Below are positions 26,751 through 36,033 of a stretch of DNA of 64,000 nt, one piece after another (the stretch's first letter is position 1; each line of letters opens with the position of its first letter). Both the position numbers and the translations under genes were made by a program. The stretch comes from an uncultured Spirochaetota bacterium. GTDB lineage: Bacteria; Spirochaetota; UBA4802; UBA5550. The notes under the pieces were generated by a model, which made no database searches, was not told the origin of the DNA, and worked only from the letters and a program-made list of their open reading frames with translations. Where the stretch lies: positions 92,409-156,408 of the forward strand of contig CAWHAA010000006.1 in NCBI GenBank assembly GCA_963827275.1. The letters run 5' to 3'.

Positions 26751-27824
26751 ATGAAGAGGATCCTATCGGTCCTGATGGTAACGGCCGTCACCCTTGTTGG
26801 CTGTTCCTTCTGGAAATCAACCACACTCGGTTCAAAGAGGTTTGCTTTCATACCGAACGGCTCCGGGATCGGGCAGGCGGTGGTCACCACCGACGAGTAC
26901 GGTCTTGAGAACCTGTCGATCGGGGTCAGCGTTCTCAGCGGCCTGATCTGCGTAACGGACGATGAACTGCGGCGCGTACAGGTCATGAAACCGAACGGCG
27001 ATGTGAAGCTGATCATCGGGCCGGTCAAGAAGATGAAAACCGGGGACATCCCGGCGGAGAATTTCAACTTCGGCAGCCTGGGGTTCGTCGCGATGGATGA
27101 TGACGACAACCTGTATATACAGAATAAATTCTCCCGGATACGGGACAACGAAAAGGACAGGTCGGGCGGCGGGAACAGCATCGATTTCGCGCCATCCTAT
27201 ATCGTCGTATTCAACAAGGACGGCGAATTGCAATATACGCTCGGTCAGAAGGGAGCGACGGACACGCCGTTTTCGCATATCGAGCGCATCTATATCGATT
27301 CAAGCGACAGGCTGTTCGTCATATCGCGGTCGACCGATTCATGGAGCATCTTCCGCTTCAAGGGCAAAACGCGGGAGCGCCTGATAACCCTGAACACGCT
27401 GGAATTCAAGGAACGGGACGAGGAGAATGTTTTTGAAGGGAAAATCGACAATATCAGGGCGTTCTCCGACGGAGAGCGCCTCCTCATATCGGTTTCATTT
27501 TACCAGGGTCTGCGTCTCAAATATATCAAGATATTCGAATATTCGATCGATCAGGGCAAGGTCGATAAAACCATTATGGAGATTCCTGACCCCAAGAACG
27601 TCCTGCTCGATATAATGGACGATAAATACATCTACCTGTGGAACGTGAGCGACGGGAACGTCAAGTTCGAAGTGGCCAACCTTGACGGGACGGTGGTCAA
27701 CAACGTGTACCTGGAGATGGAGCGCAAGCGCGACTATTACGCGAAGATCATCCTTGACAATTCGGGGAAGATCTATTCCTACCATATTATGAAAGGCGGC
27801 GTCGAAATTCTAAAATGGGAGTAG
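26751..27824 (+). CDS. hypothetical lipoprotein
   Basis: Signal peptide with lipobox LVGC (MKRILSVLMVTAVTLVGCS). 357 aa. No recognised catalytic motif. Confidence 0.55.
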   Translation: MKRILSVLMVTAVTLVGCSFWKSTTLGSKRFAFIPNGSGIGQAVVTTDEYGLENLSIGVSVLSGLICVTDDELRRVQVMKPNGDVKLIIGPVKKMKTGDIPAENFNFGSLGFVAMDDDDNLYIQNKFSRIRDNEKDRSGGGNSIDFAPSYIVVFNKDGELQYTLGQKGATDTPFSHIERIYIDSSDRLFVISRSTDSWSIFRFKGKTRERLITLNTLEFKERDEENVFEGKIDNIRAFSDGERLLISVSFYQGLRLKYIKIFEYSIDQGKVDKTIMEIPDPKNVLLDIMDDKYIYLWNVSDGNVKFEVANLDGTVVNNVYLEMERKRDYYAKIILDNSGKIYSYHIMKGGVEILKWE

Positions 27825-27828
27825 GCGC

Positions 27829-29382
27829 ATGAAGGCCGTAACCGCACTCGAGATGCAGGAGATTGACCGTATCGCAATCCGGGAGCGGGGGATGCCCGCC
27901 GCGGTGCTCATGGGGCTCGCGGGAAAGGCGGTCGCCGACCGTATCGTTGAACGGTGCCCGTGGGCCGGGAGCGCAGCGGTATTCGCCGGCACGGGCAACA
28001 ACGGCGGCGACGGCTTCGTCGCCGCGTATTATCTCGCCAACGCAGGCATCCGGGCCGACGTCTTTCTCGCGGGGACCGCGGATAAAATCAGTGAAACAGC
28101 GCGCACGTACCATGACCTCTGTAAAAATTCCGGCATCACCATAACCGGCATGGCGGACGCCGGCGATATTGACCTCGACCGGTACGACTGCGTCGTGGAC
28201 GCGCTCCTGGGAACGGGCTCCTCCGGTCAGGCGCGCGGAGCGGCGGCCGGTGCGATACGGCTGATCAATGATTCAGACGCCTATGTCGTTTCCGTGGATA
28301 TCCCCAGCGGCCTCGGCTCCGACGGCGCCGCGCCCGAGGGGGAGGCGGTGGTGGCAGACATGACGGTGACCATCGGCCTGCCGAAACTCTCGCTCGTGAC
28401 CTACCCCGGCAAGGAATTTGCCGGCGACCTGCATGTCGCGGATATCGGCTTCCCCCGGGCCCTGACGGAATCCGCGTCGCTCGCCAACGAGCTCATCGAT
28501 GATGACTTCTTCGCGTGGCATTCGATCAGGGAGATCGAGTCTGACTACCGGTCGCGCCCGGACACCCATAAGGGGGAGCGGGGACATCTTCTCATCATAG
28601 GCGGCTTTGACGGTATGGAAGGGGCGGCGCTCCTTGCGGCCGGCGCCGCGTTTGAAACCGGCGTCGGGCTGGCGACGCTCATGACGACGGACAGCGCGCG
28701 GGCGGTTGTCGCGGGTAAAATTCCGGAATTAATGACCCTCTCCCTGCCATGGACGGATGGAACGGGTAAGGACGGGCCCGCAGACGCGCTGGACGCACTG
28801 CTGGGATCAGGCAACTACGACGCCCTCGTGATCGGGCCGGGGATGGGGCGCACCGTGCCGGCCCGTGCAGTGTTTGAGGCGGCGATCACTTCGGCCGGCA
28901 GACATGGAATCAGGCGGGTCCTGATAGACGGCGACGGGCTCTTTCATCTTGCCGCATGCCTTGAAGGAGGCGGCGCAGTAACCGGTGCCGATATGGTTGT
29001 GACCCCGCATTTCATGGAGGCCTCGCGGCTTCTGGGTGTCCCGGTGGACGAGATCAGGAAAAACCGCCTCCACGCTGCGGGAAGCCTGGCCGGGCGGCTT
29101 GGCTGCGCGGCGCTGCTGAAAGGGCCCGCAACCATCGTCTCGGACGCAGCGCGCAGTTTCATCAATACGACCGGGAGCGCTTCGCTGGCCGCCGCGGGGT
29201 CCGGGGACGTGCTCTCGGGGATCATCGGGGCCCTGCTGCTCCGGCGCTTCACACCGCTTGTCGCGGCATCATACGGCGCGCATATTCACGGGAGGGCGGC
29301 AGACCTCTGCCGCGCAGAGCGCGACACAGACCTTCTCAGGTCATCGGACCTGCTCCCGTACATTAGCCGGGCAATGCAATAA
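27829..29382 (+). CDS. nnr: bifunctional NAD(P)H-hydrate repair enzyme (N-terminal NAD(P)HX epimerase YjeF_N, C-terminal ADP-dependent dehydratase)
   Basis: 517 aa. YjeF_N motif GTGNNGGDGFVAAYYL and C-terminal carbohydrate-kinase-like motifs (GPGMGR, GSGDVLSGIIGALL). Confidence 0.9.
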   Translation: MKAVTALEMQEIDRIAIRERGMPAAVLMGLAGKAVADRIVERCPWAGSAAVFAGTGNNGGDGFVAAYYLANAGIRADVFLAGTADKISETARTYHDLCKNSGITITGMADAGDIDLDRYDCVVDALLGTGSSGQARGAAAGAIRLINDSDAYVVSVDIPSGLGSDGAAPEGEAVVADMTVTIGLPKLSLVTYPGKEFAGDLHVADIGFPRALTESASLANELIDDDFFAWHSIREIESDYRSRPDTHKGERGHLLIIGGFDGMEGAALLAAGAAFETGVGLATLMTTDSARAVVAGKIPELMTLSLPWTDGTGKDGPADALDALLGSGNYDALVIGPGMGRTVPARAVFEAAITSAGRHGIRRVLIDGDGLFHLAACLEGGGAVTGADMVVTPHFMEASRLLGVPVDEIRKNRLHAAGSLAGRLGCAALLKGPATIVSDAARSFINTTGSASLAAAGSGDVLSGIIGALLLRRFTPLVAASYGAHIHGRAADLCRAERDTDLLRSSDLLPYISRAMQ

Positions 29383-29481
29383 AGAGCCGCGCGCACGGAT
29401 TTTAAAAAAAATAAGTGGACATCGAAATATCAGGTTGTATTCCTTGTCAGGTTTCCTGATTCACAAGGACGAGAGTGTACC

Positions 29482-29877
29482 ATGAAAAAACCTGAAACAT
29501 CATTCCTGCCGCCCTGTGCCGACTGCGGCGGAAGCTGCTGCCGCTATGTCGCCATCGAGATCGACAGGCCCACAACGAAGACCGATTACGACAATATCAG
29601 GTGGTGGCTGCTCCATAAAGACGTGCACGTGTTCGTTGACCACGACAGGAAATGGCATGTCGAGTTCAGGGGCGTATGCGAAAACCTCGGCCCGAAAAAC
29701 GAATGCCTGATGTACCACCACCGCCCCGAGATATGCCGCAATCACGGCAACATCGAGGAGGAGTGCGAATATTTTGATTCTCCCTATCTGCTCTATTTTT
29801 CATCGCTGAAGGAATTCGAGAAGTACCTCAACACGAAAAAGATCGACTGGCGATTCAAACACCACGTGAAGAAGTGA
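29482..29877 (+). CDS. YkgJ/UPF0153-type CxxCxxCC zinc/iron-sulfur cluster-binding protein
   Basis: 131 aa. N-terminal CADCGGSCCRY (CxxCxxxCC) and later Cys/His-rich segments (CENLGPKNEC, HRPEICRNHG). Confidence 0.55.
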   Translation: MKKPETSFLPPCADCGGSCCRYVAIEIDRPTTKTDYDNIRWWLLHKDVHVFVDHDRKWHVEFRGVCENLGPKNECLMYHHRPEICRNHGNIEEECEYFDSPYLLYFSSLKEFEKYLNTKKIDWRFKHHVKK

Positions 29878-30053
29878 CGCAGCAGGGAGACGTCCCGTTC
29901 CGTTAATCCAATTTTTTGCTTGCAATTTACCTCGTGACATGCAATGGATAAATCATGATGCCCCCGTCCTCTCGCGGGGGCAGGTATGGCTCCGTGGTTC
30001 AAGCCGGCGCGTGCTTGTCATCGCCCGGTATCCGGCATAGTGGGGGACAATGT

Positions 30054-31400
30054 ATGAAACGTTTAGCGCTGTCGATTATCATCATGGTCTTTGCATCGCC
30101 CTTCGGTTCATCCGCATTCGCTGACCCGTTCTCGCCTGACGGGGATTATCGCACCCCGAAAGAACAAAAGCAGGAGTACAACCACGTACTCGCCATCGGC
30201 ATCGACAATCCGTTCAGCAAGGGCACCAACGAATGGTCGCCGCTGTTCGCCTATTACTGGTTCGGCGATAATTTCAAGAACCCGGACCTGTACGCGCATG
30301 TAAGCGTCACCACCACCAGGATTACGGCCATCTTCGGGGCGAAGACCGACAGGATCTATGCCGGGATCAAACCGATTATCGAACACTCCACCTACTCATC
30401 ATGGCGGTCCTATAACCGCGGGTATGAAGACGTCCGCCGCGCCATCGGCGGGAACAATGTCGGCGTGGGCGCGTTCTTCCAGTATAACTTTCTCCGCATA
30501 TTGTCGGCCAGGGTGTTTTTCCATCCCTCCTATCACTTTTACCATTTCCCGATGCTGACCGAGAACCTCCACAAGTACGTGAATGTGCCGAAAAGGCACT
30601 GGCAGCTGAAACCGGGCATTGAAATCATACTTTCCGACCTCCAGGAGAAGGACCTGAACCGCGTGAGGCACGGGTACCTGTTCCGCGCGGAATACAACTA
30701 CGCGCGGAGAGTGGGGTACGGGACCTGGTACGATTATGACCGGGTCTTCTTCCGGGAGAAGTATAACAATATCTGGCTGCCACCCATTGAGCCCCATACC
30801 ACGCAGGGCGTCTGGTACCGGTCGAGGGTCAAGGACACCCACCGGGTCTATTTCAACGCGGGGCTCTATTACAACTTCAAGGGCGATTACAATCTCCAGT
30901 TCGATTTTTACGGCGGCTATTTCAAGAACGTCGACCGGAACAACGCGGAGCATATCGGCTACCTGCAGCAGGACCACGCGGTCATGCCGGGTTATTTCGA
31001 CACGGAATTCTATCACAATCTCTACCTGATCGGCCGCCTCCAGCTCGGCATCCCGATCCCCTTCTGGGGCATGAGGATACAGCCGGGGTTCAACCTTCTC
31101 TACATGCCGAAAAAGAACGAGGTCATCGGCCAGCGCGAGGGCGTGATCGCGTTCGGTACCGGCGCTCTTATAGGCTACCAGAGGCTGGGATACCGGGGGT
31201 ATCCGCGGACGCTCTATTCCAGCGTTTCGTGCGGGTTCTCGCTCCTTGTCGGCAACCTGTTGCCGCTTTTCATCGACTATGCCTACGGCATAGACGCGCT
31301 TCGTACGGGGTCGTCTCATAACGTGTATTTAAACCGGACCACCCGGGGCAGCCATGAGCTCCAGGTGCTCGTCGTTGCCGCGTTCGACAAGAACGAATAG
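30054..31400 (+). CDS. putative outer-membrane or secreted protein, Tyr/Phe/Trp/Asn-rich (beta-barrel-like composition)
   Basis: From MKRLALSIIIMVFASPFGSSAFADPF, a signal peptide with an AFA cleavage site. The listed 29955 start adds 33 aa with no signal-peptide logic and spans a GC hairpin. The aromatic/Gly/Asn-rich alternating pattern is only suggestive. Confidence 0.45.
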   Translation: MKRLALSIIIMVFASPFGSSAFADPFSPDGDYRTPKEQKQEYNHVLAIGIDNPFSKGTNEWSPLFAYYWFGDNFKNPDLYAHVSVTTTRITAIFGAKTDRIYAGIKPIIEHSTYSSWRSYNRGYEDVRRAIGGNNVGVGAFFQYNFLRILSARVFFHPSYHFYHFPMLTENLHKYVNVPKRHWQLKPGIEIILSDLQEKDLNRVRHGYLFRAEYNYARRVGYGTWYDYDRVFFREKYNNIWLPPIEPHTTQGVWYRSRVKDTHRVYFNAGLYYNFKGDYNLQFDFYGGYFKNVDRNNAEHIGYLQQDHAVMPGYFDTEFYHNLYLIGRLQLGIPIPFWGMRIQPGFNLLYMPKKNEVIGQREGVIAFGTGALIGYQRLGYRGYPRTLYSSVSCGFSLLVGNLLPLFIDYAYGIDALRTGSSHNVYLNRTTRGSHELQVLVVAAFDKNE

Positions 31401-31479
31401 ACCGCGGAATGCCGCCTGTTTCAGGCAATTCCGGCGTATAAATGTAAAGATAATCGACTGAAATACCGATTTCTTTACT

Positions 31480-32583
31480 ATGAAAAAGTATATCCTTATC
31501 GCCGCTATTGTTCTGCTCTGCGCGGCAGGGTCGGTTTTTCTTTACGACGTTTTTGCATCATCTGCGGATGAAAACGACCCTGTCAGGCTTGAGGACGCGA
31601 TCATAATACACGGGATAGAGATGGACTCGGATGTCCCGCCGTCTGACAGCGATGAAGATGAAGAAGAGGCGGCAGACGATGAAGTCACGGGAAAGATCAT
31701 ATACAATGACGCCTTTGACGACGCCGTTATCGAGTATGGGAAAAGAGGGCAGAGCGCGGGCGGCGAACGGGTCTCTGGCCTCGGTAACGGGGGCTTTGAG
31801 CGCCTCAAGCAGAAAGACCGGCGGTGGCACCTGAACCGGTACCGAATAAAGAAGAACGACAACCTCTGGAAGATAGCAAAGCGTTTTAACGTCCATCCCC
31901 ACATTATAATAGGCATCAATGAACTTAACGACCCCGATATGCTGAAGCCGGGGCGGACGATACAGGTGCCGACACGAAAAGGGATTTTCTACGAGGTCAA
32001 AAAAGGCGACAATGTTTCAAAGATCGCCAAACGATACAACATGAAGGGAAGGATCATTATCTCTCACAACCGACTCACACGCGGGGTTATACGGCCGGGG
32101 CAGAGGATATTCCTGCCGGACGCGAAGGAGCCGGCCGTGCAACGGCAGGTCGCATCCGTTAAGAAGGGTGGCCGGCAGGGAATGATCGCCTCGCTGAAGG
32201 GATTCATCTGGCCGCTTCGCGGAAGAATTACGTCGGGATTCGGCACCCGTAAAGACCCGCTGAACGGAAAGCGTCAGTTCCATTGCGGCATAGATATCAG
32301 CGCAAATGTCGGCATGAAGGTGCGCGCCGCCGCTGACGGCAGGGTGATATTCAGCGGGTGGAAGACCGGGTACGGGAATGTCGTCATCGTGCGTCATGAC
32401 GGCGGATACATAACGGTGTACGCGCACAACAGCAAGAACCTCGTTTCCGGGGATACCCGCGTCAAGCGCGGGGAGGATATCGCGCGATCGGGCATGACCG
32501 GCGCGGTGACCGGCGCGCACCTGCATTTTGAGATACGCAAATATGTCACTCCCCTTAACCCGCTGAGGTTGTTATCGAAATGA
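31480..32583 (+). CDS. LysM-domain M23 (lysostaphin-type) metallopeptidase, peptidoglycan hydrolase
   Basis: Signal/TM N-terminus. Two LysM-like segments (YRIKKNDNLWKIAKRFNV; YEVKKGDNVSKIAKRYNM). M23 motifs HCGIDI...D and GAHLHFEIR (HxH). Confidence 0.85.
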   Translation: MKKYILIAAIVLLCAAGSVFLYDVFASSADENDPVRLEDAIIIHGIEMDSDVPPSDSDEDEEEAADDEVTGKIIYNDAFDDAVIEYGKRGQSAGGERVSGLGNGGFERLKQKDRRWHLNRYRIKKNDNLWKIAKRFNVHPHIIIGINELNDPDMLKPGRTIQVPTRKGIFYEVKKGDNVSKIAKRYNMKGRIIISHNRLTRGVIRPGQRIFLPDAKEPAVQRQVASVKKGGRQGMIASLKGFIWPLRGRITSGFGTRKDPLNGKRQFHCGIDISANVGMKVRAAADGRVIFSGWKTGYGNVVIVRHDGGYITVYAHNSKNLVSGDTRVKRGEDIARSGMTGAVTGAHLHFEIRKYVTPLNPLRLLSK

Positions 32584-33638
32584 AACAGTCACTGGTTGCC
32601 ATCGGCCTGCTCTGCGTCCTCTGCGCCCCCGCGCGCGCCAATATGATAATGGAAAAGGGCGCGGAGAAAATGAAGGTCTTCTATACCATGACCGACCGCG
32701 AGGGGTGGTACGCTGTGCTGAAAGGAAAGATCATATCATATTCCTCGAAGGACGAATTTGATGCCACGGACCTTTTCGGGAGGGCGCAGGACAAGAGCAA
32801 GGCGACGGTCCGCCTCTACAGCGCCGAGGGAATCCACGAGGGCGACACCCTGTACGTAATCAATGATAAAAACCTGATCGTCGCGAAGATGAAGGTCCGC
32901 ACGATATTCAAAAGCGCTTCTTTCGGGGATGTCCTGGTAGGGTATGGCAATTTCAGGCTCAGCTCGGTGGGCGACCGCGTGATCCGCAGGGCGGAAGAGG
33001 AGGATGCCAGATATTCCTATATCTTCAAGGCCCGTGGCGATTACTATGACAGCACCGGGCGCCAGGGTGAGGCGATCCGGGAATACAAAACATCGCTGAA
33101 GATGGACAAGAACAACCCCGCAGCGCACCTCGCGCTGGGGATGGTATACATGAAGCAGGGCCTTGAGCAGTTTGCCCTGCGGGAGCTGCAGGAGGGGTAC
33201 CGTGACATTAATTTCCTTTATGACAACGAGGACAAATTCCTGCTGCTCAGGAGCATCGCCGAGATCCGCTACAGGGAGGTATATGAATCCTTCGTGCCCG
33301 TGAAGATGAGGGACCAGTACCGCCGCGAGGGGATCCGGGTATGCAAAGAGGCCCTCGCCATCTACCCGAAATCAGAGCTGATGAACTACTATCTCGGGGT
33401 CTTTCACTACAGGGCCGCTGATCCCGACGATACGGCCGCTCGGGACTATCTCCTCAAGGTGCTGGACATCAACCCGCAGCATCCCGGCGCCTGCGTGGCG
33501 CTCGCGGAATTGTATTACCGGCATGAAAACATGGCGAAAGCGCGGAGCTACGCGGAGCGGGCCCTCGATGCCGACCGTTCAAACCGCCGCGCCCGTGATA
33601 TCATAAAGTATATCGAATCAAAAACCAGGGTCGATTGA
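32580..33638 (+). CDS. tetratricopeptide-repeat protein with signal peptide
   Basis: 352 aa. N-terminal signal (LLCVLCAPARA). Multiple TPR-like 34-aa units (AHLALGMVYMKQG..., YYLGVFHYRAADPD..., ACVALAELYYRHENMAKARSYAERAL). 4-nt overlap with the preceding gene. Confidence 0.7.
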   Translation: MKQSLVAIGLLCVLCAPARANMIMEKGAEKMKVFYTMTDREGWYAVLKGKIISYSSKDEFDATDLFGRAQDKSKATVRLYSAEGIHEGDTLYVINDKNLIVAKMKVRTIFKSASFGDVLVGYGNFRLSSVGDRVIRRAEEEDARYSYIFKARGDYYDSTGRQGEAIREYKTSLKMDKNNPAAHLALGMVYMKQGLEQFALRELQEGYRDINFLYDNEDKFLLLRSIAEIRYREVYESFVPVKMRDQYRREGIRVCKEALAIYPKSELMNYYLGVFHYRAADPDDTAARDYLLKVLDINPQHPGACVALAELYYRHENMAKARSYAERALDADRSNRRARDIIKYIESKTRVD

Positions 33639-33674
33639 ACCCTTCCGGTACCGAATAAGGATTGCAACAGACTG

Positions 33675-33698
33675 ATGGCGCCCTGCGGCGCCATTTTC
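33675..33698 (+). terminator. intrinsic terminator downstream of the TPR gene (ATGGCGCC-CTGC-GGCGCCAT followed by TTTT)
   Basis: Perfect 8-bp GC-rich stem, 4-nt loop and a T4 tract, 37 nt after the stop at 33638. Confidence 0.6.
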
Positions 33699-33782
33699 AT
33701 GCTCCCGGCGCACCATCCGTGCTTAATCTTCTTGACATTTCCAGGCAGTGGTTTTAAATATTTTTCGGGGTATCCTTTTTCT

Positions 33783-34241
33783 ATGTTAATTTACACCTTA
33801 TTTTTCTGCCTGCTGACGTCTTTCACGCTCCATGCCGTCATCATTGCCCTTTTTATCAAGAACAAGAAGCCATTATACTTTTTCTGGTTTATCGCCACGG
33901 TGTTCCTCAATATGGGGATCGCACTTGCGCTGATCACGATATCGCTGACGCGGCCTGACCTGGTCCGGCAGCTGAATCTGAAATTCTTCTTCTGGCTGCT
34001 GTCGGGATTTATCACGCTGCTGCTGCTGTGCGTAAAAATCTTCATATTCAGAAGCATATATAAGCGGAGCAGGGACCCGAAATGGTATCATTTCAACCAC
34101 TTCGGCAAAAAGGTATTTGAAAAGGGGATCGTCAGGCAGAGCGAATTCATAGGGATTTTCGGATCGCTGCCGTTTTTTCTTTTTATCGGCGCTTATTTTG
34201 TATCGCGCCTGCTCAATATGATGCTCTATGGCCGCATGTGA
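33783..34241 (+). CDS. hypothetical integral membrane protein
   Basis: Four or five hydrophobic helices (LIYTLFFCLLTSF..., WFIATVFLNMGIALALITISL, FFFWLLSGFITLLLLCV, IGIFGSLPFFLFIGAYFV). The listed start at 33675 lies inside the terminator hairpin, so I use the internal ATG. The start is uncertain. Confidence 0.4.
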   Translation: MLIYTLFFCLLTSFTLHAVIIALFIKNKKPLYFFWFIATVFLNMGIALALITISLTRPDLVRQLNLKFFFWLLSGFITLLLLCVKIFIFRSIYKRSRDPKWYHFNHFGKKVFEKGIVRQSEFIGIFGSLPFFLFIGAYFVSRLLNMMLYGRM

Positions 34242-34319
34242 CCGGGCGCGTGCCGGTCAGCATGCTCGGGGCGCCGTCGTGACGGGGCGCAACAAGATTG
34301 TAATACGGGGAGTGAGGCA

Positions 34320-34733
34320 GTGAAGGTACGGATTGAAGACATCATCGTTAACTACCGGATACGCAACGAGATCGGCGATATTGCTGACCTCATGGAATCC
34401 ATCAGCAAATACGGACTGCTGAATCCTATCACTATTACTGAATCCAGGGAGCTTCTTGCCGGGTTCAGGAGGCTCGAGGCCTGCAAGGCGCTCGGCATGT
34501 CGGAGGTGGAATGCCGCGTCGTCCCGGCACTTACCGACATCGATAAATTGCTCATCGAGGCGGACGAGAACCTGACCCGGAAGGAGCTCACCGTGACGGA
34601 GGTCGGCCGCTATGAAAATGAGAAGCGCTACCTCCAGGCGCACGGGCTTGAAAAAGCGCGGCTCTGGGTCATCCGGCTGTTCAGGAGGATCGCCGAATGG
34701 TTCAGGAAGTACGTTCTCCGGCGCCCTGTCTGA
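34320..34733 (+). CDS. small ParB/Srx-fold (ParB N-terminal nuclease-like) domain protein
   Basis: 137 aa. IRIEDIIVNYRIRNEIGDIADLMESISKYGLLNPITI...RRLEACKALG resembles the ParB N-terminal domain core (GLLxPI then R..A). There is no HTH or C-terminal dimerisation domain. Confidence 0.5.
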   Translation: MKVRIEDIIVNYRIRNEIGDIADLMESISKYGLLNPITITESRELLAGFRRLEACKALGMSEVECRVVPALTDIDKLLIEADENLTRKELTVTEVGRYENEKRYLQAHGLEKARLWVIRLFRRIAEWFRKYVLRRPV

Positions 34734-35880
34734 CCTGCCGCCGGGCGAACCGCGATATGACTTCGATATGGTGGGTGCAGGGAAACATGTCGATCAGGGA
34801 CATCCTGTCAAGCCGGTAGCCTCCCATAATGAAATCCTTCGCATCGCGGGCAAAGGTGGACGGATTGCAGGAGACGTACACAATCGCGTCCGGTTCCATG
34901 GCCAGGATCGTGCTTCGCGTTTTCCTGTCGATGCCGGCCCGGGGAGGGTCGATCACGACCAGACCGGGCCGCATGCGGCCCGGATGGATGCGTGCGGAAG
35001 GCATCGCCTGGAACCGCACATTTTCAATACTATTATCAATCGCGTTCTGCCGTGCCCACCTGATGCTCTCGCTGTTGATGTCGATCCCGAAGCCGTTCCC
35101 TGATGTTCCGGCCAGCGCGAGGGTGAAAAATCCCACGCCGCACCCGATGTCAATGAATGACCCGGCCCGGTCGATGCCGGCGTACTCCTTTACGATCTCC
35201 ATCATCCGTCCGCGGAGGATCCGGTTGGCCTGGAAGAACTGCTGTATCCCCCGCATGAACGTGAGCCCCCCGGCGGTGTCCCTCACCACCGGCCCGGGTT
35301 CCCGCGAGCTGATGACGCGTCCGGTCGAATCAGCCGCAATCCGGAATCCGCCGGGGGCCTGCTGATTGTCGTCAATCCACCTGTTCAATTCAGGGGCCAG
35401 GAGGAGGCAGCCGTGGCCGTGAAGCGGGATCAGCTCGTTCGATCCTTTCCGGTAAAAGCCCTGGCCGTCGCTGCCGGCCTTCAGCGTGGCATGGCTCCGG
35501 TAATTGAACCGGTCGCCGGCGGCAATGGCGATCTCCGGCAGTTCAGCCGCATCCATCCCGGCCATTCTCGCCATGCAGTCAAGAAGTATGATTTTCTTGA
35601 ATTGAAGCTCGCAATCGTATGAGAGGTGCTGGTAACAGCAGCCGCCGCATTGCTCATGGAAAGGGCACGCGGGCTCGATACGGGAACCGGACCGGCTGAC
35701 GATGGTCTCAACCGCGCCGAGGGAATAATCTTTTTTGTCTTCGGTTATGCGCACCAGGACTTCTTCGCCGGGAGCGGTATAGGGGACCAGGACGGCCTTG
35801 CCGTCAAGGCGGCCCAGGGAATACCCGCCGTAGAGGGGCTTTTCAATGAGGAGGGAAATGGTTCGTGCTCGTTGGGACAT
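34702..35880 (-). CDS. 23S rRNA (uracil-C5)-methyltransferase RlmD/RumA-like (TRAM domain, 4Fe-4S Cys cluster, class I SAM methyltransferase)
   Basis: 392 aa. N-terminal TRAM-like barrel. Cys cluster CPFHEQCGGCCYQHL. SAM motif IDIGCGVGFFTLALA. C-terminal nucleophile region MFPCTHHIE. Confidence 0.8.
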   Translation of the reverse strand: MSQRARTISLLIEKPLYGGYSLGRLDGKAVLVPYTAPGEEVLVRITEDKKDYSLGAVETIVSRSGSRIEPACPFHEQCGGCCYQHLSYDCELQFKKIILLDCMARMAGMDAAELPEIAIAAGDRFNYRSHATLKAGSDGQGFYRKGSNELIPLHGHGCLLLAPELNRWIDDNQQAPGGFRIAADSTGRVISSREPGPVVRDTAGGLTFMRGIQQFFQANRILRGRMMEIVKEYAGIDRAGSFIDIGCGVGFFTLALAGTSGNGFGIDINSESIRWARQNAIDNSIENVRFQAMPSARIHPGRMRPGLVVIDPPRAGIDRKTRSTILAMEPDAIVYVSCNPSTFARDAKDFIMGGYRLDRMSLIDMFPCTHHIEVISRFARRQVRQGAGERTS

Positions 35881-36033
35881 ATTTCAATCGATCCGCATAA
35901 ATTCTGTTTGACAATCGACCGTCACCGGCGTATCAGATTTGTGTTATGCAGGGATGTAACAATATCAGTCAATCCATTTCCGATATTACAGATAAAATGG
36001 AGTGATTCTATCATTTCGCTTCCGGGCAATCAA

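Noticed and set aside
29940-29975. The GC hairpin (T)GCCCCCG-tcctctcg-CGGGGGC(A) between the YkgJ-like gene and the outer-membrane-like gene, considered as a terminator.
   Set aside because: There is no U-tract after it (the next bases are AGGTATGGCTCC), and it lies only 80 nt before the next gene's signal-peptide start. I kept it only as a possible attenuator or stability element. It was not strong enough to list as a feature.
35626-36033. The first 136 codons of the listed 655-aa ORF in front of the PPC-repeat lipoprotein.
   Set aside because: It overlaps rlmD on the opposite strand. A signal peptide with lipobox starts exactly at the internal MKNIVIV (36034). The upstream translation has no features.
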